64,000 bases of DNA from Anaerolineae bacterium (GCA_034431315.1 DAOUDK010000004.1:15975-79974), one strand, 5' to 3'; numbered from the stretch's first letter, positions 1 through 8,910 are shown. Notes: generated by a model from the letters alone, not told the origin. A program made the numbers and translations.

Positions 1-163
1 TCGGGCCACGTTCCACCAACGCTGCCTCAGCGACGAAGACGTTGATGAACAGGGCAACCAGGAGAGCCGGCAAGACCGTAATCGCCAGCTCCCAAACTGC
101 GTTGACTACAAACTGCGTCTTGGATGCAGGCTCTTCCTGGTGCTCTGTCGTGAATTCTTCCAC
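1..163 (-). CDS. lepB: Signal peptidase I, N-terminal part (runs off the window start)
   Basis: My translation from GTG at 163 is VEEFTTEHQEEPASKTQFVVNAVWELAITVLPALLVALFINVFVAEAALVERGP. This is one TM helix followed by the box preceding the catalytic Ser, and the next partial codon starts with A, compatible with AGC/AGT. Not in the ORF track because it is truncated. Confidence 0.65.
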   Translation of the reverse strand, partial: MEEFTTEHQEEPASKTQFVVNAVWELAITVLPALLVALFINVFVAEAALVERGP

Positions 164-204
164 GATTCCCTCACTCTTTGACTTGTTACCCTTTTGTTAT
201 TCGG

Positions 205-555
205 TTATTGACGGGCGAAGCGAACAGTTGTTTCGGTCGCCACGACGAATTGGCCATGAAGTCGGTCTGAGTAACCTGCGAGAAGTCGCCGCACTGCCTC
301 AATCTTGTTCTCGGTTCTTTCATCGTCGAGACGCAGGAGGATAACTCCTTTGTGCGGCCATCGGTCTCGGTAAACCTTCTCCCCGAAGCCTTTGTCGTTC
401 GTAATCAGGATTCGACTCTCAGCAAAGGCCTTCTGGATAATCTCTTCGTCGTCCATTCCGCGCGCTTCTTCGTACACGGAGAAAACCTCATGTTGTCGTT
501 CTCGTAACCATTGAGCTACAGCCGGGCCGGTACATTCATCCACGAGGAATCGCAT
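205..555 (-). CDS. DUF5615 family PIN-like toxin (VapC45-like)
   Basis: MRFLVDEC N-terminus and an ILITNDKGFG motif typical of DUF5615; abuts a DUF433 gene. Confidence 0.85.
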   Translation of the reverse strand: MRFLVDECTGPAVAQWLRERQHEVFSVYEEARGMDDEEIIQKAFAESRILITNDKGFGEKVYRDRWPHKGVILLRLDDERTENKIEAVRRLLAGYSDRLHGQFVVATETTVRFARQ

Positions 556-816
556 TTAGGCCATCTCCATCTCCACCTCCATTGCCAGCGGCATAAAGAC
601 AATGCTTTGCAAAGATTGAGCCGCGAACAACAAACAGGCTTGAAGGTCTTCTGGAACCAATCCGTCGTATTCTTGGAGAATCTCCTCAAAGGTTGCGCCG
701 TGAGCCAGTAGGTTAAGGATGTATTCCACCGTTAAGCGTGTTCCTCTGATGACTGGCTTCCCCACCATGACTTTCGGGTTCAGAGCGATTCGTTCGAGCA
801 ACCGATTTTGTTTCAT
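556..816 (-). CDS. DUF433 family antitoxin (VapB45-like)
   Basis: RIALNPKVMVGKPVIRGTRLTVEYILNLLAHG signature. Start moved to ATG at 816, which has a GAGGTGA RBS. Confidence 0.9.
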   Translation of the reverse strand: MKQNRLLERIALNPKVMVGKPVIRGTRLTVEYILNLLAHGATFEEILQEYDGLVPEDLQACLLFAAQSLQSIVFMPLAMEVEMEMA

Positions 817-880
817 GGTTTTCTCACCTCTGGGCGGATATTCTTGATGGCTCTTGCAGTACTTCACTAAGGTAGCCAGG

Positions 881-986
881 ATGCCCCCCAGCTTGCTGGG
901 GGGAGGAATGGCCAGAGCGGGGGTTTGGGGGCGGCAGCCCCCAATACAATCATTCCGCTGGGAATGCCCCCCAGCTTGCTGGGGGG
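881..986. repeat. Composite palindromic element: two direct copies of ATGCCCCCCAGCTTGCTGGGGGG
   Basis: Identical 23-nt units at 881-903 and 964-986, each a hairpin, flanking further small hairpins (GGAATG/CATTCC, GGGGC-GGCA-GCCCC). Confidence 0.85.
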
Positions 987-999
987 TGGTTTACTTTGC

Positions 1000-1057
1000 C
1001 TCGTTACTCGTTACCTCGTAACTTGTCAACTCGTAACTTGTCAACTCATTACTCATT
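1000..1057. repeat. Degenerate heptamer tandem repeat (CTCGTTA/ACTTGTC-like)
   Basis: ctcgtta ctcgtta cctcgta acttgtc aactcgt aacttgt caactca ttactca; overlaps the SPFH stop codon. Confidence 0.7.
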
Positions 1058-2045
1058 GTCCCGTAGTCTCGGTAACTTCAGTGCTGGGCGCGGCGGTAGT
1101 TCCAAGCAAGGTCTCACCGGGCGTCAGATTGAGGAAGGGCATGAAGCTGCCAGGCGGCATGATGCCCCAGGTGACCTTGCCATCTGGGTCGCTCAGGGAT
1201 TCCACGAATCGCAGCTCAATGATGGCCGGGTACTTTGCCAGGGCCTCACCTTTGACCTGGATGGCCCCTGCCTCCGCCTCCGCCAGCAGCTTCACCATTT
1301 CTGCGTCGCCCCTGGCCCGTTCGATGGTGGACTGGGCCTCACCCTTGGCCATCTCAACCGCAGCCGCAGCCTGATAGGTTGCCTGCTCAGCTCGGTGCTG
1401 CTCTGTGGTGATGCGCTCGGCCTCGATCTGTTTTTGCTCCACGGCTCCCCTGTAGTCTTCGGTGAACTCGATCTTCCGCAGGCCGAAACTGTCGAGGATG
1501 ATTCCCTTCTCGGCAAAAAGGGGTCTGAGCTGCTCCTCGAATTGGTCCTGGACTGCCTGGATGTTCCCCGTGTAAAGGTCGAGGGCCGCGTACTCCTTGG
1601 GGATGTTACGGGCCAGGATGCGGCTGTGGAACTTGACCACCTTCTCCACCACGTCCCGCTCGTCGCCGATGTTGTTGGCGATCCAGTTCACTTTCTGGGG
1701 GTCAATGCGGAAGCGAATGGAATACTTCAGGATGATCTGCTGTCCATCCGCAGTGGTGGTATCGGTGGGGAAGTCGTCGTAGGCAGCCCGTGACTCTGCC
1801 TCGCCGACCGTTTGGTAGATGATCTCCTGGGTGCGGTAGCCCACTACACTCTCAACGAGGGGCACCTTCCAGTTCAGACCCGGTTGCATGATCCTCCCCG
1901 TCACTGCGCCGAAGCGAGTGACTAGTCCCACTGAGCCGTAACTGACCTGGACGTAGCTTGAGAATACCAGGATCAGGGCCAGGAACACCACCCCGATGAC
2001 AACCAGCACTCCCCTGCTAAACGATGGAAACTCTTGCTGTCTCAT
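1053..2045 (-). CDS. SPFH/prohibitin (band 7) membrane protein
   Basis: N-terminal TM, VGLVTRFGAVTGRIMQPGLNWKVP, and a C-terminal coiled coil (AVEQKQIEAE). Start set at ATG 2045 with an AGGAGGT RBS. Confidence 0.9.
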   Translation of the reverse strand: MRQQEFPSFSRGVLVVIGVVFLALILVFSSYVQVSYGSVGLVTRFGAVTGRIMQPGLNWKVPLVESVVGYRTQEIIYQTVGEAESRAAYDDFPTDTTTADGQQIILKYSIRFRIDPQKVNWIANNIGDERDVVEKVVKFHSRILARNIPKEYAALDLYTGNIQAVQDQFEEQLRPLFAEKGIILDSFGLRKIEFTEDYRGAVEQKQIEAERITTEQHRAEQATYQAAAAVEMAKGEAQSTIERARGDAEMVKLLAEAEAGAIQVKGEALAKYPAIIELRFVESLSDPDGKVTWGIMPPGSFMPFLNLTPGETLLGTTAAPSTEVTETTGQ

Positions 2046-2110
2046 GTCAAACCTCCTTATTTTGATGATACATATTATACCAGGTTTTGGTTTTTTTGCA
2101 TAGTGTAGAC

Positions 2111-2171
2111 AAAATCCAAAGTTCAAAGCTCAAAATCCAAAGTCCAAATTTTGGCTTTGAGCTTTGAACTT
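2111..2171. repeat. Heptamer array AAAATCC/AAAGTTC/AAAGCTC with inverted half
   Basis: aaaatcc aaagttc aaagctc aaaatcc aaagtcc, then inverted gctttga gctttga actt. Confidence 0.85.
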
Positions 2172-2183
2172 CTTTTTGTGAGG

Positions 2184-2212
2184 TTGCGATAAACAGCAAA
2201 AGAGGATATAAT
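2184..2212 (+). promoter_or_regulatory. Sigma70-type promoter
   Basis: TTGCGA-17 nt-TATAAT upstream of the GxxExxY cassette and tal. Confidence 0.7.
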
Positions 2213-2232
2213 TGGGGAGCGTGGGGGGCGGT

Positions 2233-3265
2233 GAAACACTACAACGAATTTAGAAAGGAACGAATTGGGGCTGCTGGATAGCCGGGCTTCGTCGTGATCT
2301 CAGCCGAATGGCATGGGAGCCCGGTCTGTTTACCCTACACTACAACGAGTTAGGATAGAGCGAATTAGGGAGTAGGAACCATGCCCAAGCTTATACACCC
2401 TGAACTTAGTTACCGGGTGCGCGGTGTACTCCTCAATGTGTACAACGACCTTGGCCCTATGCTCAAGGAAGAGTACCACAGGGATGCTATTGTACTTGGG
2501 CTGGAGGAACACAGCATTGTCTGTGAACCGGAGAAAGCCTTTGAAGTCTATTACAGAGATGAACGCGTTGGCCTGTACTATGTGGACGTGTGGATTGAGG
2601 ACGGCAAGATCTTGCTCGAGATCAAAGTTGTGCTTGCCATTGAACCTATTCACAAGGCACAAGCCATCTCGTATCTGAAAGTAACCGACGCTGACTTGGC
2701 AATCGTTGTCAACTACGGTGGTCCTTCCCTGGAGGACGAGCGGCTGCCCAACTTCTTACGCGACAAGCAACCAGAGTTTGTCTGGCGACCGCAGCCTGTC
2801 GCCCAAGGGTTGCTCTATCCTGATTTGGTAAATGCCATCCAACGTGCCTGCCACCGCGTTCATTTCACCCTGGGGCCGGGATTCTTGCATCAAGTCTACC
2901 GACGAGCTACGATGATCGAGTTACGTCGCAGCGGCCTCAGCTACGAGTACATCAAAAAGTTGCCTGTGGAATACAAAGGCCAGCTTTTGGGCTACCAGGA
3001 CGTCCGTCTAATCCTGGTAGAAGGCAAGGTGCTGCTCGCCACTTTCGCCCTTCGCCAGACCGAAGATGCCATGGCCGAACAACTCAAGGCGCACTTGCGT
3101 CGCCTGGGCCTTAAACTTGGCCTGCTGGCGAATTTCTACGGCGCCAGACTGGTCATAACGCCAGTTCGGGTCAAATAGGAGACAACAACGAATTTGGAAA
3201 TAAGCGAATTGGGAAGGGAAATGGATGAGATAATTCGTTTTATTCCAAATTCGTTGTAGTGTTTC
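2233..3265 (+). mobile_element. Putative GxxExxY cassette bounded by 34-bp terminal inverted repeats
   Basis: 2233-2266 and the reverse complement of 3232-3265 match at 30/34 positions. Extra forward copies of the motif occur at about 2337-2367 and 3184-3210. Confidence 0.55.
2381..3178 (+). CDS. GxxExxY protein (PD-(D/E)xK-like), tandem two-domain form
   Basis: Two repeats of the GxxExxY fold (GPMLKEEYH; GPGFLHQVY). The first keeps D..E-I-K (VDVWIEDGKILLEIK); the second has lost it (LILVEGKVLLATFA). Confidence 0.85.
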   Translation: MPKLIHPELSYRVRGVLLNVYNDLGPMLKEEYHRDAIVLGLEEHSIVCEPEKAFEVYYRDERVGLYYVDVWIEDGKILLEIKVVLAIEPIHKAQAISYLKVTDADLAIVVNYGGPSLEDERLPNFLRDKQPEFVWRPQPVAQGLLYPDLVNAIQRACHRVHFTLGPGFLHQVYRRATMIELRRSGLSYEYIKKLPVEYKGQLLGYQDVRLILVEGKVLLATFALRQTEDAMAEQLKAHLRRLGLKLGLLANFYGARLVITPVRVK

Positions 3266-3296
3266 GTTTCATCAATATCAACACAGGAGGTCAAGC

Positions 3297-4043
3297 ATGG
3301 AGATTTTTTTGGACACAGCCAGGATCGAGGAAGTCCGCGAAACGGCTAAGCTAGGGGTCATCAGCGGGGTGACGACCAATCCCAGCCTGATGATGAGGGC
3401 TGGCCGCAGTGATTACAAGGAGGTGACGCAGGAGATCTGCTACATCGTGCAGGGGCCCGTCAGCGCGGAGGTCACTGCACTGGAGGCCGACGAGATGGTA
3501 GAACAGGCCCAAGAGATCGCTCAGTGGTCGCCCCACGTGGTGATCAAAATACCGGTCACCGCCGAGGGCCTCCAGGCCATCAGTACCCTTTTCGAGTTGG
3601 AAGTTGACCCGGAGAGTGTCTGCCAGGGTTGCGCCTGGCGGGGCCAGTGCGATACCGACCCCGATCTCGCTCACGACCTGGCTCTCACCTGGGGCATTCG
3701 CACCAACGCCACCCTGGCCTTCTCGGCCAATCAGGCGCTGCTGGCTGCCCTGGCCGGTGCCACCTTCGTCTCAATCTTCGTGGGGCGGCTGGACGATGCG
3801 GGCAACGACGGCATGCAGGTGGTGGCCGATACGGTGGAGATTTTTGAAACCTACGGCCTCGACGCTCAGATCATCGCCGCCAGCATCCGCCACCCCATGC
3901 ACATCACTGAGGCCGCCCTCCTGGGCGCTGATATCGCGACCGTACCCTACGACGTCCTGATGAAGGCCATCAAGCACCCCCTGACCGATGTGGGTGTCGA
4001 ACGCTTCCTGGCCGATTGGGCGAAAGTAAAACGTGAAACGTGA
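3297..4043 (+). CDS. tal: Transaldolase (TalC/FSA-like family) with a Cys-rich insertion
   Basis: FLDTA, GVTTNPS, Schiff-base Lys in VVIKIP, GRLDD, AASIRHP. The Glu in SAEV and Phe in SIF match the transaldolase rather than the FSA residue pattern. Confidence 0.9.
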   Translation: MEIFLDTARIEEVRETAKLGVISGVTTNPSLMMRAGRSDYKEVTQEICYIVQGPVSAEVTALEADEMVEQAQEIAQWSPHVVIKIPVTAEGLQAISTLFELEVDPESVCQGCAWRGQCDTDPDLAHDLALTWGIRTNATLAFSANQALLAALAGATFVSIFVGRLDDAGNDGMQVVADTVEIFETYGLDAQIIAASIRHPMHITEAALLGADIATVPYDVLMKAIKHPLTDVGVERFLADWAKVKRET

Positions 4044-4050
4044 AACGTAA

Positions 4051-5787
4051 ATGAAAATCTTCCTCCGCCTATTGAGCTATCTAAAACCATATTGGCGCTG
4101 GGTGGTGATTAGCATTGTCTGCTTGCTGCTCCTCACCACCCTCAATCTGCTGCCACCCCTCTTCCAGAGGGAGATCATTGACGATGTGATCGGCAGGCGA
4201 CTGCTGGGCCGTCTGCCCAGGCTCGTTCTGGGGCTGGCCGGCGTCTACGCCCTGACCCACTTCCTGCGCTTCGGTGATATGTATCTCAGGCACGTCCTGG
4301 GCGAGAGGTTCCTCCTCGACTTCCGCGTTCTCCTCTATGACTACTTGCAGCGACTGTCTATCTCCTTCTTCGAGAGTCAGCAGACGGGCGAGATCATGTC
4401 GCGCATCACCAACGATGTGAACGCCCTGGAGGACTTCGTCACTCACTCCACCGGATTCCTCATCGTTGACCTGCTGCGCCTGGTGGGGACGGCGATCATC
4501 CTCTTCGCCCTGGATTGGCAATTGGCCCTTTTGACTTTGCTACCGGTCCCCATCCTGGCCGTGGCCCTGCGGATGTTCAACACCCGCGTGCGGCCTATCT
4601 ACCGCCAGATCCGCGACCGGCTGGGCGACATCAACGCCGAGCTGCAGGACAACATCTCTGGCATTCGGGTGATCCAGGCTTTCGGCCAGGAGAGGCACGA
4701 GCTTGACCAGTTCACCCAGCGCAGCACCCGCTACTACGAGGAGCGCGTGAGGGGCATTCGCCAGTGGTCAACCTTCTTCCCGGCCATGGGCTTTGTAGCA
4801 TCGCTGGGCATGGTCATAGTCCTGGGCTTCGGTGCGTATCGCGTCCTCAGTGGCGCGCTGACCCTGGGCGGGCTGGTGGCCTTCATCTCCTACGTGGCCT
4901 CTTTCTACGAGCCTATCCACCGTCTGGTTCAAACTGACAACATGGTGCAGCAGGCCATCGCCGCCGGGGAGCGGGTGTTCGAACTGCTGGATACCGTGCC
5001 TGAGATCGAAGACGTGCCCGATGCCACCGAGTTGCCCACTATCCAGGGAGCCATCGCCTTCGAGGGGGTCTCCTTCCGCTACGGCACGGGCGAGGAGGTG
5101 CTGAGCGACGTCAGCTTCCAGATGCGGCCCGGACAGGTGGTGGCTTTGGTGGGTCCCAGCGGGGCGGGCAAGACCAGCATCGCCAACCTGATCCCCCGCT
5201 TCTACGACCCCGTCAGCGGCCGCGTCACGGTTGACGGCCACGATGTCAGAGAGGTCAAGCTGGCCTCCCTGCGCAGGCAGGTCGCCGTGGTGCTGCAGGA
5301 CACTTTTTTGTTCAACGGAACGGTGCGCGATAATATCATCTACGGCAAACCAGATGCCAGTGAAGACAAGATGATCGCGGCCGCCAAAGCGGCTTACGCC
5401 CACGAGTTTATCGTGAGTTTGCCCCAGGGCTATGAAACCGAGATTGGCGAGCGGGGAGTGAAGCTATCCGGCGGGCAGAAGCAGCGTCTGGCGCTGGCGC
5501 GGGCCATCCTGACCGACCCCCGCATCCTCATTCTCGACGAGGCTACCTCTTCCGTTGACGCCGAGGCCGAGTATCTGATCCAGCAGGCGTTGGAGAAGGT
5601 GCTGGAGGGGCGCACCGCGCTGGTCATCGCCCATCGGCTGTCCACCATCCGCCACGCGGACAAGATCATCGCCCTGGAAGATGGTCGCATCGTCGAGGTG
5701 GGCGATCACCGCCAGCTCCTGGCCCGAGGCGGCCTCTACAGCCAGATGTACCGGCGGCAGTATGATCTGGTGGCCGCTTCGGATTGA
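4051..5787 (+). CDS. ABC exporter, fused TMD-NBD (MsbA/MdlA-like)
   Basis: Six-TM domain, Walker A GPSGAGKT, signature LSGGQKQR, Walker B ILDEATS. Confidence 0.95.
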   Translation: MKIFLRLLSYLKPYWRWVVISIVCLLLLTTLNLLPPLFQREIIDDVIGRRLLGRLPRLVLGLAGVYALTHFLRFGDMYLRHVLGERFLLDFRVLLYDYLQRLSISFFESQQTGEIMSRITNDVNALEDFVTHSTGFLIVDLLRLVGTAIILFALDWQLALLTLLPVPILAVALRMFNTRVRPIYRQIRDRLGDINAELQDNISGIRVIQAFGQERHELDQFTQRSTRYYEERVRGIRQWSTFFPAMGFVASLGMVIVLGFGAYRVLSGALTLGGLVAFISYVASFYEPIHRLVQTDNMVQQAIAAGERVFELLDTVPEIEDVPDATELPTIQGAIAFEGVSFRYGTGEEVLSDVSFQMRPGQVVALVGPSGAGKTSIANLIPRFYDPVSGRVTVDGHDVREVKLASLRRQVAVVLQDTFLFNGTVRDNIIYGKPDASEDKMIAAAKAAYAHEFIVSLPQGYETEIGERGVKLSGGQKQRLALARAILTDPRILILDEATSSVDAEAEYLIQQALEKVLEGRTALVIAHRLSTIRHADKIIALEDGRIVEVGDHRQLLARGGLYSQMYRRQYDLVAASD

Positions 5788-5830
5788 CCGATCAGGTGAA
5801 ATTGCTGTCTGTTTTGGGAGGTACACAGTA

Positions 5831-8800
5831 ATGAAAGACCAAGATAAGACAAAAGAGCAACTCATAAACAATCCTGAAAAGAGTAGAGCACGCTTCCCCC
5901 AGTGGGAACGCTACGCTTGGGTCTTGGCAGTGGTGTGGACGGTGGTCGTCGCCGCATCGCTGGTGTGGAATGTGGTCCAGGTGAGGCATAATACCCTGGA
6001 GGCGGCTCGTATTCAGGCACGGGTCGCTCACGGGAAAGACGTCATCTACCGTCGCTGGAACGCCGGGTACGGTGGGGTCTACGTGCCGGTGACCGAAGTG
6101 ACGAAGCCCAACCCCTACCTGTCCGACTTGCCCGAGCGCGACATCACGACGCCGTCGGGCAAGCTGCTGACGTTGATGAATCCGGCCTACATGACACGCC
6201 AAGTGCATGAGCTGGCGGAGGAGGAATACGGTGTTCGCGGACACATCACCAGCCTGAAACCGATCCGTCCAGAGAATGCCCCCGATCCATGGGAGACCGA
6301 AGCGCTCCAGGCTTTTGAGTGCGGGGAGACCGAAATCAGTTCGGTCGAGGAGATGGAAGGCGAAGAGTACATGCGCCTAATGCGCCCTTTAATCACCGAG
6401 AAGGGCTGTCTGAAATGCCACGCCGCGCAGGGATATCAGGAGGGAGACATTCGGGGTGGGATCAGCGTTTCTATTCCCGTGGAGCCCCTGTGGACTGTTG
6501 CGCGTATGCAGGTGTTCACATTGGCGGGAGGTCACGCCATGCTGTGGCTGATGGGGCTGGGGGGGATCGTCCTGGGGACGCAGCGGCTGAGGCGGAACGA
6601 GCGGGAGCGCAGGCGGGCCAAGGAGGCGCTGCGGGATAGTGAGGAGAGGTATCGGGACCTGTTTGAAAACGCAAGCGATCTTATACAGAGTGTTGCACTA
6701 GATGGTCATCTTGTATATGTCAACCGTGCCTGGCGAGAAACCCTTGGGTATGATGAGGAAGAAATCGCCAGCCTTTCGCTGTTCGACATTATTCATCCGG
6801 ATAGCCAAGCACACTGCATGGAGGTATTCCAGCGTGTGACATCTGGAGAGGAGGTTGATAATGTTGAGGCGGTGTTCGTTTCCAAGGATGGTAAGGAAAT
6901 CGCAGTTGAGGGGGCCGCCAACTGCAAATTCGTAGATGGGAAGCCTATCTACACCCGAGGCATTTTCCGCGACATCACCGAGCGCAAGCGGGCGGAGGAG
7001 GAAATCAAGCGGCGAGCGGCTCAGGCTGCGCTGGCCTATGAAGTGGGTCAGCGTGTGAGCGCCAAGCTAGAACCGGATGAGCTGTTGTCCGAAATCGTGA
7101 CTGCTGTCCGTGATGCCTTTGATTACTATGGCGTGATGATGCTGCTGCTCGATGATAAAGCCGAATACCTGACTCTACAGTCCATCGCAGGCGGCTACAT
7201 CAACATCTTCCCCGAGGATCTCCGGCTTGCCGTCGGGGAAGGGATGATAGGGTACGCGGCAGCGAGCGGCGAAACTCAGGTCAGCGGGGATGTTAGCAAG
7301 GACCCTCATTACGTGCGCAAGGCGAAGGAGGAAACAAAGTCGGAGCTTGCGGTACCTATCAAGAGTGGGCAGAAGGTCATTGGCGTGCTCGATCTACAGA
7401 GTAACGAATTCGATGCCTTCGATGAAACCGACGTAATGCTGATAGAGACATTGACCGGCCAAATCGCCGTGGCGATCGAGAACGCGCAGTTGTACGAGGA
7501 GACCCAGCAGCGTGCCCTGGAGCAGGAGACGCTGCGGGAGGCAGCGCTGGCACTAACCACCGCCCTGGATCGGAGCGAGGTGATTGACCGCATCCTGGCC
7601 CAGTTGCAGCGGGTAGTGCCCTACGACAGCGCGTCAGTCCAACTCCTTCAGGGAGATAGGCTGGTGATCATCGGCGGGCACGGCTTTCCCAACCTGCCAG
7701 ACCTGCTGGGCATCACTTTCCCCGCCAATGGCGACAACCCCAACAGCGAGGTGATCCGCACCCGAGCCTCCTTCATCGTGGAGGATGCCCCGGCCGTGTA
7801 CGAGGCATTTCGAGAAGACCCACACCGGCAGGCCGTTATCCGCTCCTGGCTGGGAGTGCCGCTGCTGGTCGGCGAGCGGCTAGTAGGGATGATCGCCCTG
7901 GACAAGTGCGAGCCGGGGTTCTACACCCAGCAGCACGCCCGGCTGGCCGAGGCGTTTGCTGCCCAGGGGGCCATCGCCATCGAGAACGCCCGCCTCTTCG
8001 AAGAGATCGAGGAGCGCCGCCTGTACCTGGAGACGGTGCTGGGAGCCGCCCCCGACGCCATCGTTACCCTGGATGACCGCTTTCAGGTCGTGGAGTGGAA
8101 CGCAGGCGCAGAGAGGCTGTTCGGATACTCACGGGAGGAGGCGGTCGGCCAACATCTTGACCACCTGGTCACCAGCCCCGATGTCCTCAAGGAGGCGATC
8201 GGGTTTACGCAGAGGGTCCTGGGCGGAAAGGAGCTGCCTCCCACAGAGGCCGTCCGTTATCGGAAGGATGGCTCTCCGGTGGACGTCATCGTGGCCGGGT
8301 CCCCGATCTTCGTGGGAGATGAGTTGATCGGGGCAGTTGCCGTCTACACCGACATCACCGCGCGGGTGCGGATGGAGGAGACACTGCGCGCCCTGGCGCT
8401 TCTCGACGAACTTACCGACCTGTACAACCGGCGGGGATTCTTCACCCTGGGTCAACAGCAGTTGAAGGCGGCCCAGCGGGGGAAGAGGAGAATGGCGCTG
8501 CTTTTCGCCGACTTTAACGGCCTGAAGCAGATTAACGATGCCTTTGGCCACCCTGAGGGAGACCGGGCGTTGATTGAGACCGCCGAGGTCCTCGAAGAGA
8601 CCTTTCGCGAGTCGGACATCATCGCTCGCATCGGTGGGGACGAGTTTGCGGTGCTGGCCATAGAGACCAATGGGTCCCCCGCCGAGGTCCTTATCCATCG
8701 GTTGCGAGAGAACCTGGAGGCTCGCAACGCGAGGGGAGACCGCCCCTACGAGTTGTCGCTGAGCGTGGGCTTGGCGCACTACGATCCCGAGGCTCCCTGT

Positions 8801-8860
8801 TCCCTTGATGAACTGGTGGCCCAGGCGGATAGAGCGATGTACGAGCAGAAAAAGGGCTAG
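5831..8860 (+). CDS. Diguanylate cyclase: DUF3365 c-type heme sensor, PAS, 2x GAF, PAS, GGDEF
   Basis: TM-flanked DUF3365 domain with CLKCH; PAS ending in DITERK; GAF AIENA motifs; intact GGDEF with RESD I-site. Start at ATG 5831 after GGGAGGT. Confidence 0.92.
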   Translation: MKDQDKTKEQLINNPEKSRARFPQWERYAWVLAVVWTVVVAASLVWNVVQVRHNTLEAARIQARVAHGKDVIYRRWNAGYGGVYVPVTEVTKPNPYLSDLPERDITTPSGKLLTLMNPAYMTRQVHELAEEEYGVRGHITSLKPIRPENAPDPWETEALQAFECGETEISSVEEMEGEEYMRLMRPLITEKGCLKCHAAQGYQEGDIRGGISVSIPVEPLWTVARMQVFTLAGGHAMLWLMGLGGIVLGTQRLRRNERERRRAKEALRDSEERYRDLFENASDLIQSVALDGHLVYVNRAWRETLGYDEEEIASLSLFDIIHPDSQAHCMEVFQRVTSGEEVDNVEAVFVSKDGKEIAVEGAANCKFVDGKPIYTRGIFRDITERKRAEEEIKRRAAQAALAYEVGQRVSAKLEPDELLSEIVTAVRDAFDYYGVMMLLLDDKAEYLTLQSIAGGYINIFPEDLRLAVGEGMIGYAAASGETQVSGDVSKDPHYVRKAKEETKSELAVPIKSGQKVIGVLDLQSNEFDAFDETDVMLIETLTGQIAVAIENAQLYEETQQRALEQETLREAALALTTALDRSEVIDRILAQLQRVVPYDSASVQLLQGDRLVIIGGHGFPNLPDLLGITFPANGDNPNSEVIRTRASFIVEDAPAVYEAFREDPHRQAVIRSWLGVPLLVGERLVGMIALDKCEPGFYTQQHARLAEAFAAQGAIAIENARLFEEIEERRLYLETVLGAAPDAIVTLDDRFQVVEWNAGAERLFGYSREEAVGQHLDHLVTSPDVLKEAIGFTQRVLGGKELPPTEAVRYRKDGSPVDVIVAGSPIFVGDELIGAVAVYTDITARVRMEETLRALALLDELTDLYNRRGFFTLGQQQLKAAQRGKRRMALLFADFNGLKQINDAFGHPEGDRALIETAEVLEETFRESDIIARIGGDEFAVLAIETNGSPAEVLIHRLRENLEARNARGDRPYELSLSVGLAHYDPEAPCSLDELVAQADRAMYEQKKG

Positions 8861-8910
8861 GGCTCGGTCGGAGACCTTCGCCCAACGAGGTGGTTTAGGA
8901 GGTGCATAAG

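Noticed and set aside
42-344. Plus-strand 100-aa ORF
   Set aside because: It is antisense to the DUF5615 gene and to a convincing signal peptidase I N-terminus, and has no recognisable motif.
2282-2324. Hairpin in the GxxExxY leader as a riboswitch or tRNA-like RNA
   Set aside because: It has a stem, but I could not match it to any riboswitch consensus, cloverleaf or SRP motif.
2233-2370. Direct repeats with a spacer as a mini CRISPR array
   Set aside because: Only two degenerate units about 100 bp apart, other copies are inverted, and no cas genes are present.
5681-5830. N-terminal extension of the diguanylate cyclase in the ORF track
   Set aside because: It overlaps the ABC exporter; a strong RBS supports ATG 5831.
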